A stretch of 64,000 bases of DNA from Eledone cirrhosa (lineage: Eukaryota): NCBI GenBank assembly GCA_964016885.1, contig OZ024759.1, positions 19,592,001 through 19,656,000 of the forward strand, given 5' to 3'. Within the stretch, counting starts at the first letter, position 1. Each line of letters begins with the position of its first letter. Positions 1-13,459 of the stretch are shown piece by piece. A program made the position numbers and the translations under genes. Under the pieces are notes generated by a model that saw only the letters and a list, made by a program, of their open reading frames with translations, had not been told where the DNA came from and ran no database searches.

Positions 1-3000
1 ATCACTCGGACTTCCCTTTCTCTACCGTCTGTGCAGTTGAACTCATGATCTTGAGCCCCAGGCTCAAGGCAGGGCTAGACTAATCACTCGGACTATCTCT
101 TTCTCTACCGTCTGTGCAGTTGAACTCATGATCTTGAGCCCCAGGCTCAAGGCAGGGCTAGACTAATCACTCGGACTTCCCTTTCTCTACCTTCTCTACC
201 GTCTATGCAGTTGAACTCATGATCTTGAGCCCCAGGCTCAAGGCAGGGCTAGACTAATCACTGACTATCTCTTTCTACTGTCTGCAGTTGAACTCATGAT
301 CTTGAGCCCCGGGCTCAAGGCACTCTAGGCACTCTAGCCCTGCCTTGAGCCTGGGGCTGAAGATCATGAGTTCAACTGCACAGACGGTAGAGAAAGAGAT
401 AGTCCGAGTGATTAGTCTAGCCCTGCCTTGAGCCCCTGGGGCTCAAGATCATGAGTTCAACTGCACAGACGGTAGAGAAAGGGATAGTCCGAGTGATTAG
501 TCTAGCCCTGCCTTGCTGGCTCAAGGCAGGGCTAGACTAATCACTCGGACTATCCCTTTCTCTACCGTCTGTGCAGTTGAACTCATGAGCTAGACTAATC
601 ACTCGGACTTCCCTTTCTCTACCTTCTCTACCGTCTGTGCAGTTGAAGCCCTGCCTTGAGCCCCTGGGGCTCAAGATCATGAGTTCAACTGCACAGACGG
701 TAGAGAAAGAGATAGACCGAGTGATTGGTCTAGCCCTGCCTTGCAGGCTCAAGGCAGGGCTAGACTAATCACTCGGACTCTCTTTCTCTACCGTCTGTGC
801 AGTTGGAACTCATGATCTTGAGCCCCAGGCTCAAGGCAGGGCTAGACTAATCACTCGGACTTCCCTTTCTCTACCTTCTCTACCGTCTGTGCAGTTGAAC
901 TCATGATCTTGAGCCCCAGGCTCAAGGCAGGGCTAGACTAATCACTCGGACTATCTCTTTCTCTACCGTCTGTGCAGTTGGAACTCATGATCTTGAGCCC
1001 CAGGCTCAAGGCAGGGCTAGACTAATCACTCGGACTTCCCTTTCTCTACCTTCTCTACCGTCTGTGCAGTTGAAGCCCTGCCTTGAGCCCCTGGGGCTCA
1101 AGATCATGAGTTCAACTGCACAGACGGTAGAGAAAGAGATAGACCGAGTGATTGGTCTAGCCCTGCCTTGCAGGCTCAAGGCAGGGCTAGACTAATCACT
1201 CGGACTCTCTTTCTCTACCGTCTGTGCAGTTGGAACTCATGATCTTGAGCCCCAGGCTCAAGGCAGGGCTAGACTAATCACTCGGACTTCCCTTTCTCTA
1301 CCTTCTCTACCGTCTGTGCAGTTGAACTCATGATCTTGAGCCCCAGGCTCAAGGCAGGGCTAGACTAATCACTCGGACTATCTCTTTCTCTACCGTCTGT
1401 GCAGTTGGAACTCATGATCTTGAGCCCCAGGCTCAAGGCAGGGCTAGACTAATCACTCGGACTAACTCTTTCTCTACCGTCTGTGCAGTTGAACTCATGA
1501 TCTTGAGCCCCAGGCTCAAGGCAGGGCTAGACTAATCACTCGGACTTCCCTTTCTCTACCTTCTCTACCGTCTGTGCAGTTGAACTCATGATCTTGAGCC
1601 CCAGGCTCAAGGCAGGGCTAGACTAATCACTCGGACTATCTCTTTCTCTACCGTCTGTGCAGTTTTGATTCCCAGGCTCAAGGCACTCTAGCCCTGCCTT
1701 GAGCCTGGGGCTGAAGATCATGAGTTCAACTGCACAGACGGTAGAGAAAGAGATAGTCCGAGTGATTAGTCTAGCCCTGCCTTGAGCCCCTGGGGCTGAA
1801 GATCATGAGTTCAACTGCACAGACGGTAGAGAAAGAGATAGTCCGAGTGATTGGTCTAGCCCTGCCTTGCAGGCTCAAGGCAGGGCTAGACTAATCACTC
1901 GGACTATCTCTTTCTCTACCGTCTGTGCAGTTGAACTCATGATCTTGAGCCCCAGGCTCAAGGCAGGGCTAGACTAATCACTCGGACTTCCCTTTCTCTA
2001 CCTTCTCTACCGTCTGTGCAGTTGAACTCATGATCTTGAGCCCCAGGCTCAAGGCAGGGCTAGACTAATCACTCGGACTATCTCTTTCTCTACCGTCTGT
2101 GCAGTTGGAACTCATGATCTTGAGCCCCAGGCTCAAGGCAGGGCTAGACTAATCACTCGGACTTCCCTTTCTCTACCTTCTCTACCGTCTGTGCAGTTGA
2201 ACTCATGATCTTGAGCCCCAGGCTCAAGGCAGGGCTAGACTAATCACTCGGACTATCTCTTTCTCTACCGTCTGTGCAGTTGGAACTCATGATCTTGAGC
2301 CCCAGGCTCAAGACAGGGCTAGACTAATCACTCGGACTATCTCTTTCTCTACCGTCTGTGCAGTTGAACTCATGATCTTGAGCCCCAGGCTCAAGGCAGA
2401 GCTAGACTAATCACTCGGACTTCCCTTTCTCTACCTTCTCTACCGTCTGTGCAGTTGAACTCATGATCTTGAGCCCCAGGCTCAAGGCAGGGCTAGACTA
2501 ATCACTCGGACTATCTCTTTCTCTACCGTCTGTGCAGTTTTGAGCCCCAGGCTCAAGGCACTCTAGCCCTGCCTTGAGCCTGGGGCTGAAGATCATGATT
2601 TCAACTGCAGAGACGGTAGAGAAAGAGATAGTCCGAGTGATTAGTCTAGCCCTGCCTTGAGCCCCTAGGGCTCAAGATCATGAGTTCAACTGCACAGACG
2701 GTAGAGAAAGAGATAGTCCAAGTGATTGGTCTAGCCCTGCCTTGCAGGCTCAAGGCAGGGCTAGACTAATCACTCGGACTATCTCTTTCTCTACCGTCTG
2801 TGCAGTTGGAACTCATGATCTTGAGCCCCTGGCTCAAGGCAGGGCTAGACTAATCACTCGGACTTCCCTTTCTCTACCTTCTCTACCGTCTGTGCAGTTG
2901 AACTCATGATCTTGAGCCCCAGGCTCAAGGCAGGGCTAGACTAATCACTCGGACTATCTCTTTCTCTACCGTCTGTGCAGTTGGAACTCATGATCTTGAG

Positions 3001-3686
3001 CCCCAGGCTCAAGGCAGGGCTAGACTAATCACTCGGACTATCTCTTTCTCTACCGTCTGTGCAGTTGAACTCATGATCTTGAGCCCCAGGCTCAAGGCAG
3101 GGCTAGACTAATCACTCGGACTTCCCTTTCTCTACCTTCTCTACCGTCTGTGCAGTTGAACTCATGATCTTGAGCCCCAGGCTCAAGGCAGGGCTAGACT
3201 AATCACTCGGACTATCTCTTTCTCTACCGTCTGTGCAGTTGGAACTCATGATCTTGAGCCCCAGGCTCAAGGCAGGGCTAGACTAATCACTCGGACTTCC
3301 CTTTCTCTACCTTCTCTACCGTCTGTGCAGTTGAACTCATGATCTTGAGCCCCAGGCTCAAGGCAGGGCTAGACTAATCACTCGGACTATCTCTTTCTCT
3401 ACCGTCTGTGCAGTTGGAACTCATGATCTTGAGCCCCAGGCTCAAGGCAGGGCTAGACTAATCACTCGGACTTCCCTTTCTCTACCTTCTCTACCGTCTG
3501 TGCAGTTGAACTCATGATCTTGAGCCCCAGGCTCAAGGCAGGGCTAGACTAATCACTCGGACTATCTCTTTCTCTACCGTCTGTGCAGTTGAACTCATGA
3601 TCTTGAGCCCCAGGCTCAAGGCAGGGCTAGACTAATCACTCGGACTTCCCTTTCTCTACCTTCTCTACCATCTGTGCAGTTGAACT
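1..3686. repeat. Satellite array of 82-84 bp and 91 bp monomers (about 175 bp dimer) with internal inverted blocks; runs off the left edge
   Basis: Monomer ATCACTCGGAC(TATCT/TTCC)CTTTCTCTACC(TTCTCTACC)GTCTGTGCAGTTGAACTCATGATCTTGAGCCCCAGGCTCAAGGCAGGGCTAGACTA; starts at 1, 83, 166, 257 ... 850, 941, 1025; reverse-complement blocks at about 331-515, 647-745, 1074-1172, 1688-1870 and 2562-2745. Confidence 0.97.
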
Positions 3687-4700
3687 CACTACTCACTTTC
3701 CACCCCAAGACACCACCCAGACCCAGTATCCAACTTTCCACTCCAAGACACCACCCACACCCAGTACTCAACTTTCCATCCCAAGACACCACCCACACCC
3801 AGTATACACTTTCCAGCCCAAGCCACCACCCACAATTCGGCTGCTACCCCCACTACTCACTTTCCACCCCAAGACACCACCCACACCCAGTACTCAACTT
3901 TCCACCCCAAGACACCACCCACACCCAGTACTCAACTTTCCACCCCAAGACACCACCCACACCCAGTACACTTTCCAGCCCAAGCCACCACCCACAATTC
4001 GGCTGCTACCCCCACTACTCACTTTCCACCCCAAGACACCACCCACACCCAGTACTCAACTTTCCACCCCAAGACACCACCCACACCCATACTCAACTTT
4101 CCACTCCAAGACACCACCCACTCCCAGTACACTTTCCACCCCAAGCCACCACCCACAATTCAGCTGCTACTACACCCACCCACCTGCCACCACCCACCTT
4201 CCACCACCTTCCACCACCCACACCCATATTCACTTGCCACCACCCACACCCAGTACTCACTTTCACCCCAAGACACCACCCACACCCAGTACACACTTTC
4301 CACTCCAAACCACCACCCACAATTCAGCTGCTACTCCAAGCCACCACCCACACCCACTACTCACCTGCCACCCTGTACTACCCACACTGTCAATTAGGAA
4401 TGCACAGCTGGACTCTTCCATCTCGGGGAGGGGTGGGTGGCAGGTGAGTAGACTAGTCTACTCACCTGCCACCCACCCACTAGTCTACTCACCTGCCACC
4501 CCACCCACTAGTCTACTCACCTACCACCCCACCCCATGCCATAACCAACCACAACTCCACCCACCCACACCCACCCTCAATTCCTCCACCTCAACCACCT
4601 GTAACATTAGGAATGATACAGCTGGACCCTCCATCTCGGCTCCCAGCCATCCAACTACTTACCTGCCACCCCACCCAACCCCACCCCACCAACTACCAGT
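3687..4700. repeat. C/A-rich minisatellite (about 37 bp CCAAGACACCACCCACACCCAGTACTCAACTTTCCAC units) decaying rightwards
   Basis: Direct reading of repeated units; the overlapping ORFs are P/T/H low-complexity. Confidence 0.9.
4431..4478. repeat. Perfect 48 bp palindrome
   Basis: GGGTGGGTGGCAGGTGAGTAGACT|AGTCTACTCACCTGCCACCCACCC. Confidence 0.95.
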
Positions 4701-5054
4701 CACCTGTCCTTTTTCCCCACCTTCAAAAAAGACTTTGTTTTTCATTTGTTTATTCTGAAGGTTCCCACCCCTTTTCTTCCACCCCCCTCTCTCCCTCTCT
4801 CGATGTTGCCTTTTCCTGGTGGACTTGTCCAATACTCTTTCGGCTATTGAATGGAACTGGACTTACGTCAAATACTTTTTATTGTCATTCCTAAGAACGA
4901 ATGAAACTGGACTTATCAAATACTTTTTATTGTCATTCCTAAGAACGAATGAAACATGTCAAATACTTTTTATCGTCATTCCTAAGAATGAATGAAATAA
5001 AATTTGTATTTTTGTATCTCTTTGTTTGTTTCATATATTCTTGAATATATATTG

Positions 5055-5290
5055 TATATAATTATATGAGGGATAGACTGTAGTGTGCTGGAGAGAAGAC
5101 TGTGTTGGTATGGCCATGTGATGCACATGGAAGATGACTGCTGAAAACATGGGCGGAGGTGGTGAGAGCTGACACTCAGATCGCTGAAGCTCACAGGAGA
5201 TGACTAAGGACCGTGATGAATGGAGAGAGGAGCTGAAGAGGACCTATCCCACCCTTGCAAGCAGGGAAAAGCGGATGTAAAATGATGATT
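5055..5290 (+). mobile_element. 3' fragment of an RTE-clade LINE (degenerate)
   Basis: Encodes an RLxWYGHVxxM-like motif; homologous to 46233-46626, 60085-60333 and 60934-61185; (GAT)n tail. Confidence 0.75.
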
Positions 5291-5593
5291 GTATATATAC
5301 AGATCCACATGAACAAAGCACCTCTGCACCTGACATCTTATGACAACCCATCCAACCCATGAAAGCATGGAAAATGGATGTTAAACGATGGTGTGTATCA
5401 TCATTTTTACGTCAGTTACATACTGGGGTCGATTTACTCCCCCCCCCCAAAAAAATCCTACTGTGGTCAACTTTGCCTTGCATCTTTCCAAGATTGATAT
5501 AAAATACAGTACCAGTAACACTGGGGTCGATTAGGTAAGACTTTTCCAAAATTGTTGGCCTTGTCTAAATCAGAAATCCCTATTGTTAGGGAG

Positions 5594-5800
5594 GTGGATT
5601 GACATCAGTAATCGGTAGAGCGTTGGACACCCTACTTCATGACAGTTACGTCCCTTTATGTTCTGAGTTCAAATCCCACCGAGGTTAGCCTTGCCTTCCA
5701 TCCTTACGGGGTCAATAAAATAAAGCACCAGGCTTGAGTTTAACGACTTTCCCCTCCACACTTCAAATTGCTGGCCTTGTGCCTAAAGTAGAGACAATTA
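5594..5800 (+). mobile_element. tRNA-derived SINE, family 1 (a partial copy also lies at about 5460-5580)
   Basis: GTGGATTG...GGTAGAG A-box-like, GAGTTCAAATCCC B-box, then GCCTTCCATCCTTACGGGGTC; more than 20 copies in the window. Confidence 0.85.
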
Positions 5801-6029
5801 ATTAGTTTCATTGATTTCTTAACTAATTAACAAAACAAGGTTAATGAGTTGAGTGTGGCAAAAAAGCAATGCTTAATTTGTTTTTAAGCCAATCTTGTCA
5901 TGATGATGATGATGATGACACATCACAACACCACAACACAGGACACGAAACTACCCCGACCAAGCCACTTGGTCGGGGTAGTTTGGTGTAGTGTGATGTT
6001 GTGTTGGGCCATGTGGTGTCGTGTTCTGG

Positions 6030-6238
6030 TCGTTCACGCACATTGACATTGCACATCCAACGGAGCATACTTGATTCATTTCTCTCCAGTCGCCGCATAT
6101 CCTCTGCAGTTGCTGCCCATGTCTCACTACCATGCAGCATCGCACATCGGCATCATATAACTGTCCTTTCATATGCAAGGAGAAACCCTTTGTCAACAAA
6201 GGAAGCAGCTCCCTAAACTTCTTCCAACCCGTTACAGA
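6030..6238 (-). mobile_element. RTE-clade LINE RT C-terminal fragment
   Basis: Translations GWKKFRELLPLL and MLHGSETWAATAEDMRRLERNESSMLRWMC match the copy at 62052-62655. Confidence 0.85.
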
Positions 6239-6329
6239 TGGATATATATATGTATATATATATATTATACACAGATATAACATATATATATCATACTAGC
6301 AGCTTTACCCGGCGTTGCTCAGGGTTTGA

Positions 6330-6580
6330 AATTGGTACCACGACATCCAGTCCAAATAAATGAGAAAATGAGATCGAGATTGTGTAGGTGTCATGACAAA
6401 AAAAAAGAGTCCACGTTGTCCACACTAAATGTGGTTGGTGTTAGGAAGGGCATCCAGCCGTAGAAGACCTGCTAGATAGTCCTATATGAGCGAGACACTG
6501 TCACCCGACCAACCTTGCCTCAAATTGGGACAACTTCCGTCTAACACATGCTAGCATGGAAGATGGACGTTAAACGATAT
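6330..6580 (+). mobile_element. SINE 3' portion with Meta-domain-like central motif and RTE-type tail
   Basis: GGTGTTAGGAAGGGCATCCAGCCGTAGAA ... CATGCTAGCATGGAAGATGGACGTTAAACGAT; second copy at 62755-63042. Confidence 0.7.
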
Positions 6581-6603
6581 GCGTGTGTGTGTATATCTTT
6601 ATA

Positions 6604-6943
6604 TCTTTATATATATAAAAGCGAGGATGTGTGTGTGTCTTGTGTACAACTTAGAATACCTAAGGCTTTTACAATTACCAACCGAATTTGACCAAATTTT
6701 CTGTGCACGTTGCACAGGTCGCTAAGATGGTCATCACAAACATTTTTCCAATTGACCCACGAGCAATAAAAAATCGATATCAAAATTATCGGTAGCAAAA
6801 TTGATGTAAGGGGATAACCAACTTTATTGACAATCCTTATAAAGAGACTGCTTAAGTTGGAGACAAATAATGTTCTTTTACTTCCTAGCTGTATATTCTT
6901 AGCATAATTTCAAACCCCGAGCAACGCCGGGTAAATCTGCTAG
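6604..6943 (+). mobile_element. Non-autonomous Helitron-like element
   Basis: 5' TC...TATATATAAAAG start; 3' GC hairpin CCCGAGCAACGCCGGG then CTAG|T; a reverse-complement copy of the 3' end lies at 6296-6333. Confidence 0.65.
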
Positions 6944-7002
6944 TATGATATATATATATGTTATATCTGTGTGTATAAAATATATATATATATATATATG
7001 TG

Positions 7003-7062
<60 letters not shown>

Positions 7063-7159
7063 GCATATGTAGGTGTGGCAGCAAAAACTGTAGAGTAAAA
7101 AAGGGCTGGTCCCTTTAAAAGAAAAGTATCTGTTTCATGTCATGGCTGATCTGACAATG

Positions 7160-10060
7160 GGGTGGGTGGTGGTGGTTGGTGATGATGGTTGTGGTGATTG
7201 TGATGGTGGTAGTTGTGGTGATAGTGGTGGTGGTGGTGATGGCTGTGGTTGTGATGATAGTGATGATGGTGGTGGTGTTGGTGGTGGTGATAGTAATGGT
7301 TGAGGGTGGTTGTGTTGGTGGCAGTGGTGTTGGTAGAGGTAATAGTGATGGTTGTGTTGGTGGCAGTGGTGTTGGTAGTGGTGATAGTGGTGGTTGTGTT
7401 GGTGGAAGTGGTGTTGGTAGTGGTGATAGTGATGGTTGTGGTGTTGGTAGTGGTGGTAGTGGTAATAGTGATGGTTGTGTTGGTGGCAGTGGTAGTGATG
7501 GTTGTGTTGGTGGCAGTGGTGTTGGTAGTGGTGATAGTGATGGTTGTGTTGGTGGCAGTGGTGTTGGTAGTGGTGATAGTGATGGTGGTAGTGGTAATAG
7601 TGATGGTTGTGGTGTTGGTAGTGGTGATAGTGATGGTTGTGTTGGTGGTAGTGGTAATAGTGATGGTTGTGTTGGTGGCAGTGGTGGTGGTAGTGGTAAT
7701 AGTGATGGTTGTGTTGGTGGTGGTGGTAGTGGTAATAGTGATGGTTGTGTTGGTGGCAGTGGTGGTGGTAGTGGTGGTGGTAGTGGTAATAGTGATGGTT
7801 GTGTTGGTGGTGGTGGTAGTGGTGATAGTGATGGTTGTGTTGGTGGCAGTGGTGTTGGTAGTGGTGATAGTGATGGTTGTGGTGGTGGTGGTGGTAGTGG
7901 TGATAGCGATGGTTGTGTTGGTGGCAGTGGTGATAGTGATGGTTGTGTTGTTGGTAGTGGTGATAGTGATGGTTGTGTTGGTGGTAGTGGTAATAGTGAT
8001 GGTTGTGTTGGTGGCAGTGGTGTTGGTAGTGGTAATAGTGATGGTTGTGTTGGTGGCAGTGGTGGTGGTAGTGGTAATAGTGATGGTTGTGTTGGTGGCA
8101 GTGGTAATAGTGATGGTTGTGTTGGTGGCAGTGGTGGTGGTGATGGTTGTGTTGGTGGTAGTGGTGATAGTGATGGTTGTGTTGGTGGCAGTGGTAATAG
8201 TGATGGTTGTGTTGTTGGTAGTGGTGATAGTGATGGTTGTGTTGGTGGTAGTGGTAATAGTGATGGTTGCGTTGGTGGTAGTGGTGTTGGTAGTGGTAAT
8301 AGTGATGGTTGTGTTGTTGGTAGTGGTGATAGTGATGGTTGTGTTGTTGGTAGTGGTGATAGTGATGGTTGTGTTGGTGGTAGTGGTGTTGGTAGTGGTA
8401 ATAGTGATGGTTGTGTTGGTGGTAGTGGTAATAGTGATGGTTGTGTTGGTGGTAGTGGTGTTGGTAGTGGTAATAGTGATGGTTGTGTTGGTGGTAGTGG
8501 TAATAGTGATGGTTGTGTTGGTAGTGGTAATAGTGATGGTTGTGTTGTTGGTAGTGGTAATAGTGATGGTTGTGTTGTTGGTAGTGGTAATAGTGATGGT
8601 TGTGTTGGTGGCAGTGGTGTTGGTAGTGGTGATAGTGATGGTTGTGTTGGTGGTAGTGGTAATAGTGATGGTTGTGTTGTTGGTAGTGGTGATAGTGATG
8701 GTTGTGTTGGTGGCAGTGGTGTTGGTAGTGGTGATAGTGATGGTTGTGTTGGTGGTAGTGGTAATAGTGATGGTTGTGTTGGTGGCAGTGGTAATAGTGA
8801 TGGTTGTGTTGGTGGCAGTGGTGTTGGTTGTGGTAATAGTGATGGTTGTGTTGGTGGCAGTGGTGTTGGTAGTGGTAATAGTGATGGTTGTGTTGGTGGT
8901 AGTGGTGTTGGTAGTGGTAATAGTGATGGTTGTGTTGGTGGTAGTGGTAATAGTGATGGTTGTGTTGTTGGTAGTGGTGATAGTGATGGTTGTGGTGTTG
9001 GTAGTGGTAATAGTGATGGTTGTGTTGTTGGTAGTGGTGATAGTGATGGTTGTGTTGTTGGTAGTGGTGATAGTGATGGTTGTGTTGTTGGTAGTGGTGA
9101 TAGTGATGGTTGTGTTGTTGGCAGTGGTGATAGTGATGGTTGTGTTGTTGGTAGTGGTGATAGTGATGGTTGTGTTGTTGGTAGTGGTGATAGTGATGGT
9201 TGTGTTGGTGGCAGTGGTAATAGTGATGGTTGTGTTGGTGGTAGTGGTAATAGTGATGGTTGTGTTGGGGGCAGTGGTGGTGGTAGTGGTAATAGTGATG
9301 GTTGTGTTGTTGGTAGTGGTAATAGTGATGGTTGTGTTGGTGGTAGTGGTGTTGGTAGTGGTAATAGTGATGGTTGTGTTGGTGGCAGTGGTGTTGGTAG
9401 TGGTAATAGTGATGGTTGTGTTGGTGGTAGTGGTAATAGTGATGGTTGTGTTGTTGGTAGTGGTAATAGTGATGGTTGTGTTGGTGGCAGTGGTGTTGGT
9501 AGTGGTAATAGTGATGGTTGTGTTGGTGGTAGTGGTAATAGTGATGGTTGTGTTGGTGGTAGTGGTAATAGTGATGGTTGTGTTGGTGGTAGTGGTAATA
9601 GTGATGGTTGTGTTGTTGGTAGTGGTGATAGTGATGGTTGTGTTGGTGGTAGTGGTAATAGTGATGGTTGTGTTGGTGGCAGTGGTGTTGGTAGTGGTAA
9701 TAGTGATGGTTGTGTTGGTGGTAGTGGTGTTGGTAGTGGTAATAGTGATGGTTGTGTTGGTGGCAGTGGTAATAGTGATGGTTGTGTTGGTGGCAGTGGT
9801 GTTGGTAGTGGTAATAGTGATGGTTGTGTTGGTGGCAGTGGTGTTGGTAGTGGTGATAGTGATGGTTGTGTTGGTGGTAGTGCTTATAAGAGTGGGTGGT
9901 GATTGTAGAGGTTGCGGTGGTGATAGCATCACTGATGTATATTGTAGTGGTTTGTGATGGTGATGGTGATGTTGGTGGTGGTGCTATTGGTGCTGATGAT
10001 GCTGGTGGTGGTATTGGTGTTGATGTTGATGTTGCTGCTGTTTGTGGTGATGGTGTTGGT
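7160..10060. repeat. Triplet-phased G/T-rich minisatellite (27/39 bp units, GGTAGTGGTAATAGTGATGGTTGTGTT)
   Basis: Direct tandem units; open in several frames only because of triplet periodicity. Confidence 0.95.
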
Positions 10061-10252
10061 TAAGTGTCTGAGATTGGAAGGGAGGGGTTTATAAGTGATT
10101 GTATGTGTCATTGTAATGTGTGCAGATGTGCTCCCTATTTCATGCAGTGTGTGTGTGTGGGTGCGTGCTTGTATAAACTAAGATAGTTGTTTGTGAGTGT
10201 GTTATATTTACTTATGTATGCGGCATGCATTGGAATGCACGTATGAATATAT

Positions 10253-10289
<37 letters not shown>

Positions 10290-10433
10290 TTGTATATATT
10301 TCTTAAGATTTAAAGGAGAAATAGTGTGTGTATATATATATGTGTGTGTCTAAATAATATATATATATGTATATATTTCTTAAGATTTAAAGGAGAAATA
10401 GTGTGTGTGTGTGTATATAGATATGTGTGTCTA

Positions 10434-10490
<57 letters not shown>

Positions 10491-10979
10491 CAATCAACAA
10501 GTATGTCTATATATCTATTTGAGAGAGAAAGAAATAATGTGCGTGTGTCTGTCTCTGTGTGTGTGTGTGTGTTTTAAAACATTTATTATCAGCAAGAATG
10601 TATGTGTACATTTTAGGGTTGAGAGAGAGCGAGATGGAGGAGGAGGGAGAAGGAGAGAGAATTTGTTTGTTTGTTTGTTTGTTTGTTTATGTGTAAGTGC
10701 ATGTATATATATAAAACTATATTTGTTATAAACAAAGTGCTTCACAGAAGTCTTGTACAGTCCCATTGTTAAAAGAACTGTGGTGATGTCAACCCCAACT
10801 GAGAAAAGCTCTCTTCTACATCAACTCTGTTTTCCTACATATATCAGTCACAAGGAGTATTATTTATGGTACTCTGATTACTGGATTTTCCATGATGTAA
10901 GACACACTGGTGTATAAGGTATACCTTTATTTTGAAGTCGACGAAAAAAAGTTTAGTGGGTGAATAGTTTTGCGAGTAT

Positions 10980-11870
10980 TTAACCCTTTAGTTAACCATA
11001 TTTCTAATGAACGGCACTGCCTATAGTTTTTGATTAATTTTGGAAGGTTTTTGCATCAAATTACCATGGAGGATTTTTAGATAAATATAAACACTTATAC
11101 CTTTTTGTTTGGAACATAACTTTAGGTTCTTGCATTAAATTATGATGGGACATTTTTAGATAAATATAAACACTTATACTTTTTCGTTTGGAACATAACC
11201 TAAGGAAGGTTCTTGCATTAAATTATGATTGGAAATTTTTAAATTAATATAAAGACATACCTTTTTGTTTGGAACATAACAACTTACAGAAGGTTCTCGC
11301 AGCAAATTATGGAAATTTTTTTAGATAAATATAAATACTTAAACCTTTTCGTTTGGAACATAACTTAAGGAAGGTTCTTGCATCAAATTAGGATGGGAAA
11401 TTTTTCGTTTGGAACATAACTTAAGGAAGGTTTTTGTATCAAATTATGATGGGAAATTTTAAGATAAATACAAACACTTAAACCATTTCCTCACCACAAT
11501 TCTAATGAAAGACATTGTCTATGATTTTCAATCAGTTTTGAAAACAACCAAGAATTTGGAGGGATTTAGTAATATGACTAACTTTCCTATTATTAAGATG
11601 GTGTTTGGAACATAACTTAACAAAGATGCTCATAAAATTATGATGGAAGGTTTTGGATAAATATAAACACTTTAACCCTTTACTTACCATATTTCTAATA
11701 GAAATGGTTTTCAACTAATTTTAGAAATAACCAAGAATTTGGAGGTATTTAGTAAAATAAGTAACTTGCTCATTATTAAGATAGTGTTTGGAACATAACT
11801 TAACAAAGGTTCTCACGTAAAGTTATGATGGAAGGTTTCTAGATAAATATAAACATTTTCAAATAGACAA
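10980..11870. repeat. Diverged about 90 bp tandem repeats inside a TTAACCCTTT-initiated element
   Basis: Recurring GTTTGGAACATAACTTAAGGAAGGTTCTTGCATCAAATTATGATGG. Confidence 0.75.
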
Positions 11871-12189
11871 CTTTGAATCATAGTACCAGGGGCTGTTTGG
11901 TATAAAAGGGGTTGATATTTTTTATTTGATGTGTAGGAGGAAAGACATGAGTTAGCTTTTGGTGTAAATTTTTGGGGATTAAAAAAGAAAAACAAACTGT
12001 TTTATACATCGAAAAAAAAAAAAAAATTCAGTACCGTAGATAATAATGGCAATATTATTTATGTTACTACCTATACCATTGGTTTTAACATTCTTGGCCT
12101 GGTATCACCACCGACGACGACGCCACCATCATCACCATCGTCAAGTCTGGTAATTACTCGTTTTATTCATATTTTTAAATGTTTTATAA

Positions 12190-12194
12190 ATATG

Positions 12195-12232
<38 letters not shown>

Positions 12233-12544
12233 GATAAATGTATATAGATATAGATATATAGATATAGATATATATATATATATATAGATATATATATATA
12301 TATATATAGATATATATAGATATATATATATATATATAGATATATATATATATATATATAGATATATATATATATATATATAGATATATATATATCTATA
12401 TATAGATATATATATATCTATATATAGATATATATATCTATATATATACATATATAGATATATATATACATGGCATGGCCTCAGCTAGATGGCTGGAACG
12501 GGTAAAAGAGATATATATATAGATATATATATAGATATATATAT

Positions 12545-12587
<43 letters not shown>

Positions 12588-12799
12588 TAGATATATATAT
12601 ATGCATATATAGATATATATATATATACATATATAGATATATATACATATATATATATATAGTGAAAAATTGAACGGGAACAAAACAGAGAGGCAGTACG
12701 AACAAAGGTTTATTAGTTTCACGCTCTTGAGAGTGAGAAATATATAGATAGATATATATAGATATAGATATATATAGATATAGATATATATAGATATAG

Positions 12800-12830
<31 letters not shown>

Positions 12831-12847
12831 GATATATATATATATAC

Positions 12848-12904
<57 letters not shown>

Positions 12905-12940
12905 TAGATATATATAGATATATATATATACATATATAAA
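12190..12940. repeat. (TA)n/(TAGA)n microsatellite carrying an inserted 3' tail of the A-GGGC ribozyme-like family (12660-12740)
   Basis: AGTGAAAAATTGAACGGGAACAAAACAGAGAGGCAGTACG is shared with 26875-26940 (rc), 39696-39735 and 40060-40120. Confidence 0.8.
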
Positions 12941-12972
12941 TGTTTTTATATTTGTACTTTGAAGTGGCTCAT

Positions 12973-13003
<31 letters not shown>

Positions 13004-13184
13004 TATCCCTGTCTTTTTTTGATTGCCAGGCATAGTGTATCTAGGACTATATTGTGATCAAGTGTATTGTTCATCATTAGCCTGACCTCACCAGGTTCTT
13101 TGTTGAGATCTCTCTAGTGACCATACTCTCACCTTTGTCTATGGCGAGAGAGAGCGAGAACGAGCTGTTTATAACCACTAAATA

Positions 13185-13440
13185 GTGAAGGTGAATGACT
13201 TTGTGGTTAAAATATTGGACTCTTGATCGTGAGGTTTCAAGTTCGATTCCCAGACTGGACAGTGTATTATATCCTTGAGCAAGACACTTTATTTCACATT
13301 GCTCTTTCTGGCATGAGTTGCAACTGGTAGATAGTATCAGCCATGAGAAGACCAATGGAAACATTGTTTCCTTGGTCCAATCTGACAATTTCCACCCAAT
13401 TGGTAAGTAAATAAAGTTGTATCTTGTCGATCGATTAAAA
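13185..13440 (+). mobile_element. tRNA-derived CORE-type SINE, family 2
   Basis: GTTCGATTCC B-box then CCTTGAGCAAGACACTT (CORE-like); other copies at 13593-13745, 23320-23487(-), 43534-43750, 54998-55170 and 63085-63200. Confidence 0.8.
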
Positions 13441-13459
13441 AAAAAAATAAAAAAAATTG

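Noticed and set aside
1-3686. CRISPR-like array or tandem ribozyme array
   Set aside because: No unique spacers, no cas genes, eukaryotic context; no CUGANGA/GAAA core in the monomer on either strand.
7140-9957. 900-aa Thr-rich mucin-like, Gly-Ser-Asp-Cys and poly-Val ORFs
   Set aside because: Open on both strands and in several frames because of triplet-phased tandem repeats; no signal peptide, unique domain or convincing splice boundaries. A mucin-like exon cannot be fully excluded without RNA data.
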